Both the position numbers and the translations under genes were made by a program. DNA of 64,000 nt from Octopus vulgaris (taxonomy: Eukaryota), in NCBI GenBank assembly GCA_951406725.2, contig OX597842.1, forward strand, positions 31,434,001 through 31,498,000, read 5' to 3'. A model generated the notes under the pieces. That model ran no database searches. It was not told the origin of the DNA and was given only the letters and a program-made list of their open reading frames with translations. Below are positions 25,475-38,775 of the stretch, in pieces (position 1 is the first letter of the stretch; every line of letters starts with the position of its first letter).

Positions 25475-25773
25475 ACTAATCCATTCTTGTTGCTTCTTTC
25501 TCGTTTATAATCACCTCACATTACTGTATGGTTAACACCATATAGTTTTCTGGTGCATCTAAGTTAAGTACCGCATTCAAGTGAATTCATTAGAATTGAC
25601 TTGAATCTTAATTGCTTTTATATATATATATACATATAGGGGGGTTCAGAAATTGGGGGTATACAATTAAGAAAAAAGAAGCACGTACAATATTTATTTT
25701 TAACAAAAAAATTAAAAGTTACATTCTGTTGTGTCTGGGGAGGGTCATTCTCTTTTAGTGCCTTATAATTTAA

Positions 25774-25957
25774 CACACACACTGATAAAATTTCCACTCA
25801 TTTCCTTCTTTATTTTGCCTAAAATTTTCATTGCATCGTGCAACCTTTTTGATCACTTGCTGTCTAATCAATAACTATTGAAAAGGTTGCAAGATGCAAC
25901 GAAAATTTTAGGAAAATAAAAATAAGGGAATGAGTGGAAATTTTACCAGTGAGTGTA
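25774..25957. mobile_element. Inverted-repeat element with a U3-A8 hammerhead-like motif
   Basis: Arms about 25774-25850 and 25881-25957; CTA-TTGAAAA-G-GTTGCA(AGA)TGCAAC-GAAA-ATTT-TAG at 25875-25911. Confidence 0.55.
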
Positions 25958-25989
25958 TTGAATAATAATAATAATAATAATAATAAAAT

Positions 25990-26130
25990 AAATGCGCCCT
26001 TTTAAAGCCTAGCCAGGCTCATGGGCCCAGTTTCCCGGTTTCAGTGGCGTATGTGTTCCCCAGCTGGACGGGACCCTAGTCCATCGCAGAGTTACTCCTT
26101 TTTGCCAGCTGAGTGGACTGGAGCAACGTG
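25990..26130 (-). mobile_element. SINE 3' fragment with Meta-like central domain
   Basis: Minus strand GCGATGGACTAGGGTCCCGTCCAG...GAAACCGGGAAAC...ATGAGCC; homologous to 52425-52500. Confidence 0.6.
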
Positions 26131-26199
26131 TGTGTGTGTGTGTGTGTGTGTGATACTGTGAGTGTGTGTGTGTGTGTGTGTATGCACATATGTGTTTGA

Positions 26200-26578
26200 G
26201 TGTGAGGCTGTGAGTGTGTGTGCATGTGTGTGTGTGTCTGAGGCTGTGAGTGTGTGTGTGTCTGAGGCTGTGAGTGTTTGCACGTGTGTGCGTGTCTGAG
26301 GCTGTGAGTGTGTGTGCACGTGTGTGTGTCTGAGGCTGTGAGTGTGTGTGCACGTGTGTGTGTCTGAGGCTGTGAGTGTGTGTCTGAGGCTGTGAGTGTG
26401 TGTGCACGTGTGTGTGTCTGAGGCTGTGAGTGTGTGTGCACTTGTGTGTGTCTGAGGCTGTGAGTGTGTGTGCACTTGTGTGTGTCTGAGGCTGTGAGCG
26501 TGTGTGTGTGTGTGTCTGAGGCTGTGAGTGTGTGTGTGTGTGTGTGTGTGTGAGTGTGTGTGTGTGTGTGTCTGAGGC

Positions 26579-26611
<33 letters not shown>

Positions 26612-26612
26612 G
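26200..26612. repeat. Minisatellite GTCTGAGGCTGTGA(GT)n
   Basis: About 12 units with variable GT spacers. Confidence 0.9.
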
Positions 26613-27261
26613 ACTGAATGCGTGTGTCTGTGTGTGTGTGTGCATGAGAGTATATACGAGTGTGTGTATGTGTGAGTGAGTGTTTGAGTGTGTGTGTGTA
26701 TGTGTGTGAGTGTATCAGCTGACAGTACCCCAAATGTCCACTAGAGGTACACCCAGCCACAGTACCCCACTATGTCTTCTCTCTCTCTCTTCCTCTTCTT
26801 CCCACCGTCTCCCTCTTCACACACACCTATAAACCGCAACAAACCACCATTGAAATTAACCCCAACACACCACCACCACCATCGACCCCCCCCCCAGTAA
26901 CCCCTAACCCCATTCCCCCCCCCCCCCCCCCATTAGTCTCCCTATGCTCGACTAAACTCGTCAACCAACAACAAACAAACAAACAAAGTTTAATCACTTT
27001 AAATTTGAAGCAGTAATTAAAAGGAATAACGAATTAGCGATAACGAAGGTTTTTAATGTTTTTGTCCTGGGGTTTCTGCGGGGAACCAAGGGGGAGAGAA
27101 CTGAGGAAATTCTCAATTAATTAAAAATTTAACGATGTCGTAGAGTGAAGCCGAAGTCTGGCAATTGATAAATCTGTCTGTGTGTCTGGTGGCGTTGAAG
27201 TGTGACGTTCAGCGAGGTTATCATCGTTAAGAATTAATCAGATAATTACAGATTTATCTTT

Positions 27262-27435
27262 GAACTTGTTTCAATCATTGGACTCTGGCCATGCTGGGGC
27301 ACCACCTCGAAGGGGTTGCAGTCAAACGAATCGACCCCGGGACTTTTGTTTCTTTTATTGTTATTCTCTTGGTCTCTCTTGCTGGACTGCTAAGTCATGG
27401 GGATGTTAACAAACCAACGTTGGTTGTCAAGCAGT
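27262..27435 (-). mobile_element. Diverged SINE family A 3' part
   Basis: CTTGTTTCAATCATT...GGCCATGCTGG...TCGACCCCGGGACTT. Confidence 0.65.
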
Positions 27436-27444
27436 GACGATAAC

Positions 27445-27835
27445 ACAAACACACACACCTCATGCAAACACACACACATACATACACACACACCTCATGC
27501 AAACACACACACACACATACACACACACCTCATGCAAACACACACACACACACACACATACACACACACCTCATGCAAACACACACACACACATACACAC
27601 ACACCTCATGCAAACACACACACACACACACACACCTCATGCAAACACACATACACACACACCTCATGCAAACACACACACGCCTCATGCAAACACACAC
27701 ATACACACACACACACACACACACATACACACATACCTCATGCAAACACACACACACACACACACACCTCATGCAAACACACACACACACCTCATGCAAA
27801 CACACACACACACCTCATGCCAACACACACACACA

Positions 27836-27886
<51 letters not shown>

Positions 27887-27889
27887 CAT

Positions 27890-27927
<38 letters not shown>

Positions 27928-28148
27928 CATGCAAACACACACACACATACACACACACCTCATGCAAACACACATACACACACACCTCATGCAAACACAC
28001 ATACACACACACCTCATGCAAACACACACACGCCTCATGCAAACACACACATACACACACACACACACACACACATACACACATACCTCATGCAAACACA
28101 CACACACACACACACACCTCATGCAAACACACACACACACCTCATGCC

Positions 28149-28195
<47 letters not shown>

Positions 28196-28330
28196 ACACA
28201 CCTCATGCAAACACACACACACACACCTCATGCAAACACACACACATACACATACACACACACCTCATGCAAACACACACACACATACACCTCATGCAAA
28301 TACACACACACACATACACACACACCTCAT

Positions 28331-28368
<38 letters not shown>

Positions 28369-28378
28369 CATGCAAACA

Positions 28379-28411
<33 letters not shown>

Positions 28412-28445
28412 CTCATGCAAACACACACACACACACATACACACA
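27445..28445. repeat. Minisatellite CCTCATGCAAA(CA)n
   Basis: More than 25 units with variable CA spacers. Confidence 0.92.
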
Positions 28446-28452
28446 GACTTAA

Positions 28453-28738
28453 CGAGGTGATATCAAAAGGTTCCCAGACTAATTATGCTCATTATAAAAT
28501 AACTTATTTACCTAATTTTTAACATCTTCTCCTTTGAAATAGTCTCCTTGCACAGCACTGCACCTGTCCCAGCATTCCCGTCACTTTTGAAATCCAACCT
28601 GGAAGTCAATTTTCCGTCATTGTGTCAAGGACCTTCTACAATTTGTTTTCAGTCTTGACAATGGTGTCAAAGCAGAGACCTTTGAGACACATTTTCATCT
28701 TGGGGAAGAGACGGAAGTCTGCAGGGGCTAAATCTGGG
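28453..28738 (-). mobile_element. Mariner transposase C-terminal pseudogene fragment with 3' TIR
   Basis: Minus strand [15 protein letters not shown]...GLCFDTI...(stop, frameshift)...WDRCSAVQGDYFKG, matching the mariner YSPDLAPxD and C-terminal motifs. Confidence 0.85.
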
Positions 28739-29477
28739 CACAGAAGCGATACCAATGACAGCAGGGTGTCCATGGACAACAGGGTGGGCACGGAAGCGAT
28801 ACCATACTGTTTCCGTTTCTGGTGGGGTCAATAATACTAGACATCCATTAATACTATACTTGTTCAGTTTCCGTCTACCAAATCCACTCACAAGGCTTTG
28901 GTCGGCCCAAGGTTATAGTAGAAGACACTTGCCCAAGATGCCACGCAGTGGGACTGAACCCGGAACCATTTGTGTGTGTGTGTGTGTGTGTATATCTATG
29001 TATGTATTTGTATATGTATGTGTGTGTATATCTGTGTGTGTGTGTGTGCGTGTGTGTATATTTGTGCATGTATGTGTGTTTGTGTGTATATATGTTTGTG
29101 TGTGTGTGTACATATTGCATGTGTATAGATATATATATGTGTTTTTGTATGTGTATATATATATGTGTGTGTTTGTGTACATGTATGTTTGTGTGTGCAT
29201 ATTTGAGTGTGTGTATATATATGTGTGTGTGTGTGTGTGTGCTACCATTCTTGTAAATCGTTCTTCCCAAGCTGTTATCTACATCCTCTAAGCAGGTGTA
29301 TATATTGTTTTCTCATCAGCAAGTGTTGCGTTGTGTGTGTGTATGCTGGAGTGAGTGTGTGTGTGTGTATTTATCAAGGGTCAGTGAATGAGGCACTTGA
29401 TTAAATATTTACATGCGCTTATGTATATATAGACGTGTGTGTGTATATGTATATATATAGATATATGCCTGTGCATG

Positions 29478-29515
<38 letters not shown>

Positions 29516-29559
29516 TGTATATGAGTATGCAGGTATGTCAGTATATATACATATATATA

Positions 29560-29590
<31 letters not shown>

Positions 29591-29879
29591 GTATGTATAT
29601 ATATGTACACACGCTAAAAGTGGTGTTTGCCAGATTTCTGCTACATCAAGTGTGTATATATAATTATTATTTGTTAACTTACATTACCAGATGTTGTATT
29701 GTTATTTCATTCTACACACACATACACACAATTATACACACACACACAATTATATACACACACTCACTCATAAAACATTGCCACGTATATCTGTATATTA
29801 CACTACAAACATGTATACACATACGTAACCTGCATGCAAGTTTATATACATAAACATGTGTTTGAGTGCATATCTAAAT

Positions 29880-29922
<43 letters not shown>

Positions 29923-29989
29923 TATATATATATATAAACATGTGTGTATATATATATATTTATAAATATATATATACACATATATATAT

Positions 29990-30043
<54 letters not shown>

Positions 30044-30311
30044 ATACATACATATACATGTATATACATGCACACACATGCATGCACACACATACACACA
30101 TGTACTCATATATGTTACGTGCTTAAATATTCGCTGACACACATGGAGAGGTTAATAGGTGCGTAAACTTTAAGAACAATTACAAATGCTTAACAAGAAA
30201 CCTGCTGAGTTTTCTTGGAAAACGCACACTCACACATTTAAACACATAAGTATATGCATCTGTGTGTGTGTGTGTGTTTGAGCATGCGTGTGTGTGAGTT
30301 TGTCTGTATGC

Positions 30312-30342
<31 letters not shown>

Positions 30343-30562
30343 AGCATTAATAAATCTCTAAACGAGATGTAAACAGTCTGGCTTTAGGCACACTTTCTGT
30401 GCCCTTATGCCCTTATGCCCTTATGACCTCCCTTTGCGAATATCATAAAGGCACAGAAAGTGTGTCTAAAGCCAGCTGGAGACGATGATCTCCTGGGGTT
30501 AAAAGCTTCAGTAACACCCACCCTTGGTGGTGAGCCATATTGAGATGGCTAGTATACTTTAC

Positions 30563-30566
<4 letters not shown>
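30343..30566. repeat. TA-flanked element with inverted repeat
   Basis: IR 30378-30475 (CTGGCTTTAGGCACACTTTCTGTGCC / GGCACAGAAAGTGTGTCTAAAGCCAG); GCCCTTAT x3. Confidence 0.6.
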
Positions 30567-30608
<42 letters not shown>

Positions 30609-30743
30609 GAATATGAATTATATGAATATGGTTTTATCTCAAATTCATATTATATATATTTATACTGTGAAATTTGATTTAATCCTAAATCTAATTTTTC
30701 CCTGAAAGTTTGGAGCTATACTCCCTAATATTATCATATATAT

Positions 30744-31163
30744 ACTCTTTTACTCTTTTACTCTTTTATTTGTTTCAGTCATTTGACTGTGGCCATGCTG
30801 GAGCACGGCCTTTTAGTCGAGCAAATCGACCCCGGGACTTATTCTTTGTAAGCCTAGTACTTATTCTATCGGCCTTTTTTGCTGAACCGCTAAGTTACTG
30901 GGACGTAAACACACCAGCATTGGTTGTCAAGCGATGTTGGGGGGACAAACACAGACACACAAACATATACACACACATACATATATATATACATATATAC
31001 GACGGGCTTCTTTCAGTTTCCGTCTACCAAATCCACTCACTAGGCATTGGTCGGCCCGAGGCTATAGTAGAAGACACTCGCCCAAGATGCCACGCAGTGG
31101 GACTGAACCCAGAACCATGTGGTTTGTAAGCAAGCTACTTACCACACAGCCACTCCTACACCT
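30744..31163 (-). mobile_element. SINE family A, full length
   Basis: Homology to family A. Confidence 0.9.
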
Positions 31164-31663
31164 ATATATATATAAGTTCAGTAAAATTCAGATTCAGTTG
31201 AATATGGTACTTAAGTTAAAGGCACCAGACTTCAGTATGGTATTATGCATATAATTCAAAATGAACATGAATCCATATAAAACATGTTCTTTGTCTATCT
31301 ACTTATCCTCTTTGTGATTTTGGATGATATGAAAACTATACAAATGAATCCTTTGGATTTAACTAAATTCTATATTTTCCTGCAGCTGAAGATTGGTCTA
31401 CCTTTTCAAAATTGACGTAATGTTTGCATTGTTCAATTAAATGTTGTTGTATGAAACGATCGTACTGCATTACCTCTGGATATCCTTGTTGCTCTCAACA
31501 CACGAACTCACATAAAGAATCTGGGAAACCAAATCCCCAAAATGAAGTAAAATGGAAACCTCAGAATCATGAGCTGCAATGTTTGAGGAGCAATGGCAGC
31601 TAATTGCACACATGTGCACCAGAAATGCATCAGAGTGCAGTTTCTCTATTTTATAGCAACGGG

Positions 31664-32205
31664 CTGTTGTTTAGCCCCAGGACAGACCTGATCAAGACAG
31701 ACCCGATCAAGACAGACCCATGATCAAAGACATTCCAGCTGTGGCCATCCCATCTTATATTCAGGCATAGTGTATCTAGGACTACATTATCTAATGTATA
31801 GTATAGTAGTAAGTACCAGTGGCTATAATTGTTATTGTTAATTAGCCATAGGTCAGTCCTGATCCAGACAGACCTATGATCAAAGACGTTCCAGCTGTGA
31901 CCATCCCATCTTTTATTCAGGCATAGTGTATCTAGGACTACATTATCTAATGTATAGTATAGTAGTATTAGTGGCTATAGATGTTGTTGCTTAGCCCCAG
32001 GTCAGTCCTGATCCAGACAGACCTATGATCAAATATGTTCCAACTGTGGCCATCCCATCTTTTATTCAGGCATAGTCTACCTAGGACTCCATTATCTAAT
32101 GTTTAGTATAGTAGTTAGTATTCATAGCTTTAGGTGTTGTTGTTGTTGTTTAACCCCAGGTCAGTCCTGATCCCGACAGGCCCATGATCAAAGACATTCC
32201 AACTG
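31664..32205. repeat. Tandem array of about 150-bp unit (array 2)
   Basis: About 3.5 units, opposite orientation to array 1. Confidence 0.85.
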
Positions 32206-32618
32206 GACTAAACAACAACTAGTAACATAGTCCCTCTGTTCACGAATGAGACGTGTATCAAATTGCTTCTCCCACAACGCACACCCACCCACACACACAC
32301 CTACACACACACGTAGATAAGCACACATTCACGCATATAGTCAAAAGCATATAAACTTCATCTGATTTCTACAAACACACGCACGAAACAAAATTATGCA
32401 TATGGTTAATTATATTTGCATATTTATATGCAAATATCAGTGTTTTTATGTCTGTGTGTCTGAGTATGTATTTGTGTGAATGTATATATGTAGTCATAAT
32501 CATATTTACACATATGCTTATATATATATAAAACTTTGTGTGTATGTATATATATATGTATATATGTGTGTATATATATTTTATATATATATATATATAT
32601 ATACATACATATATATAT

Positions 32619-32665
<47 letters not shown>

Positions 32666-32737
32666 TATATAAACACAGATACAATGCACATATTTGTTTG
32701 CGTGTGGTCTGATGTGCATATATAGGTCCATATATAC

Positions 32738-32796
<59 letters not shown>

Positions 32797-33554
32797 CATA
32801 TACCGTATATATGTGTGCGTAAATTTGTATGCATCTGTATATGTATGTGTATACATGTATGTATATATACATACACATATATATATATTTGTAAATGTAC
32901 ATCTGAACTGTTGCTGTGTTTATATATGTTTTTGAGCATATATATATATGTGTGTGTGTGTGTGTGTATATGTATGTATGTATGTATAAATTTGTGTGTG
33001 CATTTTTATATGTTTGTGTTCATACACACACGCACACACACACACACACACACTTTCATACAGACACACACATATACATGACACCCTGAATATATCTCAG
33101 CAGGGGTTGATGATGCTGGTGTCTACTGACAATGATATATGTACACATATACACCCATACAAACTGATTCTACGCACAGTTATGCATATAATTAATTTAA
33201 CATGCATTAAACGGTCTTTGTTGTCGGTATCTGATGATTAAATCTTTTATAAACAAGATGATGTATATCACTGACACATGTGTATACATATATATATATA
33301 CGTGTATATATATGTGTGTGTGTCTATTTATATGTGTGTGTGTGTATATATATATATATCCACACATACATATATATGTTTAGATATATACATATATATA
33401 TGCACATATTTATATGTAGGAATATATATATTGTTGTCAGTGTATCTACTTCTGGATGTATAAGCAGTGTTTGTATTGTGAGTGTGTATAATTACCCACA
33501 TCAGTTAATGTGTGTGAAAATGTGTGTCTATATAATTGTCAGTGTTTCAATACT

Positions 33555-33605
<51 letters not shown>

Positions 33606-33782
33606 ATATATATATATGTGTATGTATGTATGTATGTATGTATAATAAACGTTTACATTAAGTGCATATGTATTATATCATTATACACGCCTCAGTTAAA
33701 GTGTGTGTGGTATGTGTATGTATCGTTGATATTGTATCTGCTAAAATGTGTATGTATTTATAAGAAATATTTGCATTAAGTA

Positions 33783-33825
<43 letters not shown>

Positions 33826-33828
<3 letters not shown>

Positions 33829-34055
33829 CTTTACTACACACAAAGGGCTAAACACAGAGGGGACAAACAAGGACAGACAAACAGATTAAGTTGATTATAT
33901 CGACCCCAGTGCATAACTGGTACTTAATTTATCGACCCTGAAAGGATGAAAGGCAAAGTCGACCTCGGCGGAATTTGAACTCAGAACGTAGCAGCAGACG
34001 AAATACGGCTACGCATTTCGCACGGCATGCTAACGTTTCTGCCAGCTCACCGCCT
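33826..34055 (-). mobile_element. SINE with Nin/Deu-like domain (family D)
   Basis: Minus strand GGCGGTGAGCTGGCAGAAACGTTAGC...GAGTTCAAATTCCGCCGAGGTCGACTTTGCCTTTCATCC...GTCGATAAATTAAGTACCAG. Confidence 0.75.
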
Positions 34056-34083
34056 TTTATATATATATATATATATATTTATT

Positions 34084-34321
34084 CAGGGTGTTCAAAAAGT
34101 CTCTCCACAGTAAATTTTTTCATCCTGCGCATCACCATGGCACTATTTCATGAGTTTTTCGGGGAAGGGATTATTTCAAAGGGACTTTGGCCACCAGATC
34201 ACCTGATTTAGCACCACCAAGCTTTTTTTTTTTTTCCTGGGGAACAAGCAAATGGTCAGTGTACGAGAATTGCCCGAAAACCATTAAATACTCACTGCGG
34301 AGAGACTTTCTGAACACCCAG
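34084..34321 (+). mobile_element. Tc1/mariner deletion derivative
   Basis: TIRs CAGGGTGTTCAAAAAGTCTCTCCACAGT / ACTGCGGAGAGACTTTCTGAACACCCAG; internal frameshifted WPP-RSPDL-P..FF.WG..K..VY motif. Confidence 0.8.
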
Positions 34322-34343
34322 TGTGTATATATATATATATATA

Positions 34344-34757
34344 TACTCTTTTACTCTTTTACTTGTTTCAGTCATTTGACTGCAGCCATGCTGGAGCACC
34401 GCCTTTAATCGAGCAACTCGACCCCGGGACTTATTCTTTAGTAAGCCCAGTACTTATTCTATCGGTCTCTTTTGCCGAACCGCTAAGTTACGGGGACATA
34501 AACACACCAGCATCGGTTGTCAAGCAATGCTAGGGGGACAAACACAGACACACAAACACACACACACTTATATATATATAGCAGTACAGGCTTCTTTCAG
34601 GTTTCCGTCTACCAAATCCACTCACAAGGCTTTGGTCGGCCCGAGGCTATAGCAGAAGACACTTGCCTGGAAAAAAATGATGTCACGCAGTAAAAAAGGT
34701 TGACTTGAACCCGGAACCATGTGGTTGGTAAACAAGCAACTTACCACACAGCCACTC
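34344..34757 (-). mobile_element. SINE family A (indel-rich 5' half)
   Basis: Homology to family A. Confidence 0.85.
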
Positions 34758-34812
34758 GCTGATATATTTTGATAAAAATGGTAAGACAACAAAAGAATCG
34801 GTTGAAAGAGAC

Positions 34813-35439
34813 CTCGATATTATGTAAATAGAGGAAAACAGACACACATACACACATTGACATAATGTATATGTGTGTAACTGCATGTAATATTGTATAT
34901 ATGCAATGTGTGTGTATATCATCATCATCATCATCATCATTTAGCGTCCGCTTTCCATGCTAGCATGGGTTGGACGGTTCGACCGGGTCTGTGAAGCCAG
35001 AAGGCTGCACCAGGCCAGTCTGATCTGGCAGTGTTTCTACAAGCTGGATGCCCTTACCAACACCAACCACTCCGTGAGTGTAGTGGGTGCTTTTTACGTG
35101 CCACCGACACAGGTGCCAGACGGAGCTCGATATTATGTAAATAGAGGAAAACACACACACATACACATCATTGAATAATGTATATGTGTGTAACTGCATG
35201 TAATATTGTATATATGCAATGTGTGTGTATATCATCATCATCATCATCATCATTTAGCGTCCGCTTTCCATGCTAGCATGGGTTGGACGGTTCGACCGGG
35301 GTCTGTGAAGCCAGAAGGCTGCACCAGGCCAGTCTGATCTGGCAGTGTTTCTACAGCTGGATGCCCTTCCTAACACCAACCACTCCGTGAGTGTAGTGGG
35401 TGCTTTTTACGTGCCACCGACACAGGTGCCAGACGGAGC
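34813..35439. repeat. Tandem duplication of about 313 bp including a family B 3' end
   Basis: CTCGATATTATGTAAATAGAGGAAAA... at 34813 and about 35126. Confidence 0.85.
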
Positions 35440-35700
35440 TGGCAAACGGCCACGGACGGATGGTGCTTTTCACGTGCCACCGGCACGGGGGCCGGGCAAG
35501 GCTGGCAACGGATGGTGCTACGTGCCACCGGCACGGGGGCCAGGCAAGGCTGGCAATGGACACGAACGGATGGTGCTTTTACGTGCCACCGGCACGGAGG
35601 TCAGTCGGGGCGGGGCTGGCAACAGCCACGATCGGATGGTTCGCTTACTTGTTACCGGCACTGGTACCACAGCTGCAATTTCCATTGATGTTGATCGACT
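35231..35700 (-). mobile_element. Retroposon family B with internal subrepeats
   Basis: Four GTGCT(TTT)ACGTGCCACCGGCAC...GCTGGCAA units. Confidence 0.85.
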
Positions 35701-35859
35701 TCGATTTTGGTTCTGCTTTCTGATATCTGATTTGATTTGGTTTGATTTTATATATAAATATATCATCATCATCGTTTAACATCTGCTTTCCATGCTAGCA
35801 TGGGTTGAACAATTTGACTGAGGACTGGCAAACCAGAATGCTGCGCCAGGCTCCAATCT

Positions 35860-35948
35860 AAGTTACAGGGATATAAACACACCAGCATCGGTTATCAAGC
35901 GATGGTGGAGGAAAAAAATCACAAACACACAAATATATACTCACAAAG

Positions 35949-35987
<39 letters not shown>

Positions 35988-36069
35988 AGCAAAAATTTTT
36001 GATTCAGATGAATATGGTACTTAATTTGAGGCACCAGAATTTAATATGGTATTATACATACTATTTTGA

Positions 36070-36103
<34 letters not shown>

Positions 36104-36290
36104 TGTATATATGTATGTATGTATATATATATGTATGTATGTATGACAGGTTTCTTTCAGTTTCCATCTACCAAATCCACTCACAAGGCTTTTGTTGTCC
36201 CGAGACTTTAGTAGAAGACACTTGCCCATGGTGCCACGCAGTGGGACTGAACCTGGAATCATGTGGTTGGTAAACAAGCTACTTACCATG
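35860..36290 (-). mobile_element. SINE family A with an insertion in its central microsatellite
   Basis: Halves at 35860-35930 and 36145-36290. Confidence 0.7.
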
Positions 36291-36363
36291 CCTGTGTCTA
36301 TATATATAAATATATATATAGTGTGTGTGTGTATGTATGTGACTGTGCATGTGTGTGTGTGTG

Positions 36364-36396
<33 letters not shown>

Positions 36397-36619
36397 GTAT
36401 GTATATTCGTGTGTATATATATATGTATGTATATATACATATATGCATGTGCGTATATATATATATATATATACATACAGACACAAGTATCATACATTTA
36501 TATAGTATACAGTATTAATGTATATATATATATATATATATCAAGTTCATAGGTGTATAATGTGTGTGAGTATATACATATTTGTATGTATATTAATGTG
36601 TGTGCATATATATATATAT

Positions 36620-36788
<169 letters not shown>

Positions 36789-37553
36789 ATGTGTGTGTAT
36801 ATACACATTCATACATCTGAGCTTCAGATCAAGACACAGAGCACAAAACAATGTGGTGTTGATATATACAGATGTGTAGATCGTTAACAGCTAACGAGAT
36901 ATTTGCGTGTACATGACAAAATGCATGTGTGCAACGTGCATAAGCTGTCATTACGCTAATTTCTCAGCGATAAATATTAAAGACCACCACCACCGCCTGC
37001 TCCCCCTACATCATCGCCTCCCCCCCTTCTCTCCCCTGCCTCCCCACCACCACCACCACCACCACTGCACTATCATTTCTGCCAGCGCTCCGCCGCTTCA
37101 AACACATTGTGATATGTTATATGAGATTGGATAAAGAAGGCAAACAATTTACGGCCCCCACCCTGCGCCGCTCCACCCACGAGCCTCATACGCGCGCACA
37201 CGCACACACACACACACACACATGTATCTACTGTAAACACATCATATCAACCACCTCAAACACACACACACACAGACGTAGACACATACATACACACACA
37301 CACACATACATACACACACAGACACATACACACACAAACACACACACACACACACGTAGACACATACATACACATACAAATAAACATACACACATACACA
37401 TACACACACAGATACATAGACACATACATACACATACAAATATATACATACAGATACAGACACATACACACGCTCATACGCACACAAAGGCATACACACA
37501 GACACACACACATGATGAGGCACTCTCATCTATTTCATCGACCACACTAGACA

Positions 37554-37594
<41 letters not shown>

Positions 37595-37714
37595 ATACAC
37601 GTATCTACCACACTATCCACATTATACCCAACATGCAAACACACCACCGCACACGCACATAGACATCCATTACATCGACTGCCTCAAACACACTCACACA
37701 CTCACACACACACA

Positions 37715-37765
37715 CATCTATCTCAGCAAACACACACATGGTCACACCATCCACCACTCCAGCCA

Positions 37766-37816
<51 letters not shown>

Positions 37817-37989
37817 GCACACACACTCACACACACACTCACACGCGCACACACACTCACACACACACTCACACACACACACACACACACACTCACACGC
37901 ACACACACTCACACACACACACATCTATCTCAGCAAACACACACATGGTCACACCATCCACCACTCCAGCCAAACACGCACACACACAC

Positions 37990-38023
<34 letters not shown>

Positions 38024-38116
38024 ACACACTCACGCACACACACTCACACACACACTCACACGCGCACACACACTCACACACACACTCACACACACACTCA
38101 CACACACACACACACA

Positions 38117-38149
<33 letters not shown>

Positions 38150-38213
38150 CTATCTCAGCAAACACACACATGGTCACACCATCCACCACTCCAGCCAAAC
38201 ACGCACACACACA

Positions 38214-38270
<57 letters not shown>

Positions 38271-38321
38271 ACACACTCACACACTCACACGCTCACACAC
38301 ACACACACACGCACACACACA

Positions 38322-38366
<45 letters not shown>

Positions 38367-38520
38367 ACACACACTCACACACACACACATGCACACACAC
38401 ACACTCACACACACACACACACGCATCTATCTCAGCAAACACACACACACACACATCTATCTCAGCAAACACACACACACACACACATATCTATCCACTC
38501 CAGCCAAACACACACACACA
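37715..38520. repeat. CA-spaced minisatellite (ATCTATCTCAGCAAAC...CCACTCCAGCCAAAC)
   Basis: Three full and two to three partial units separated by long CA tracts. Confidence 0.85.
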
Positions 38521-38742
38521 AAACCCTTTTTCCCGCTACAACACATATCGTATCTCAGAGTCGAATCAGTCAAGCTTATCAGCGACTTAATTACTTGTGT
38601 ACATATGTCGATATATAGCCAAAGATGGATATATATGTGTGTTTTTATGCAAATATATATGTATATGTGAGTTTGTGTGTTTATACATACATATGTATAT
38701 GGGTATATATATATATATGTGTTTGTGTGTATACACATGTAC

Positions 38743-38775
<33 letters not shown>

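Larger units (their letters stand above)
25191..25620. mobile_element. Penelope-like inverted-repeat element with hammerheads
   Basis: Near-perfect arms 25191-25316 and about 25379-25504, each containing a hammerhead; (TA)n flanks; the unique tail is related to 31175-31257(-) and 35990-36068(-). Confidence 0.75.

Noticed and set aside
27445-28445. CRISPR-like repeat-spacer appearance (also 26200-26612, 44177-44395)
   Set aside because: Spacers are CA/GT runs or irregular, the context is eukaryotic, and there are no cas genes
31386-31416. Possible micro-exon after TTTTCCTGCAG, ending at GTAATG
   Set aside because: 31 nt with a weak donor and no supporting neighbouring exons
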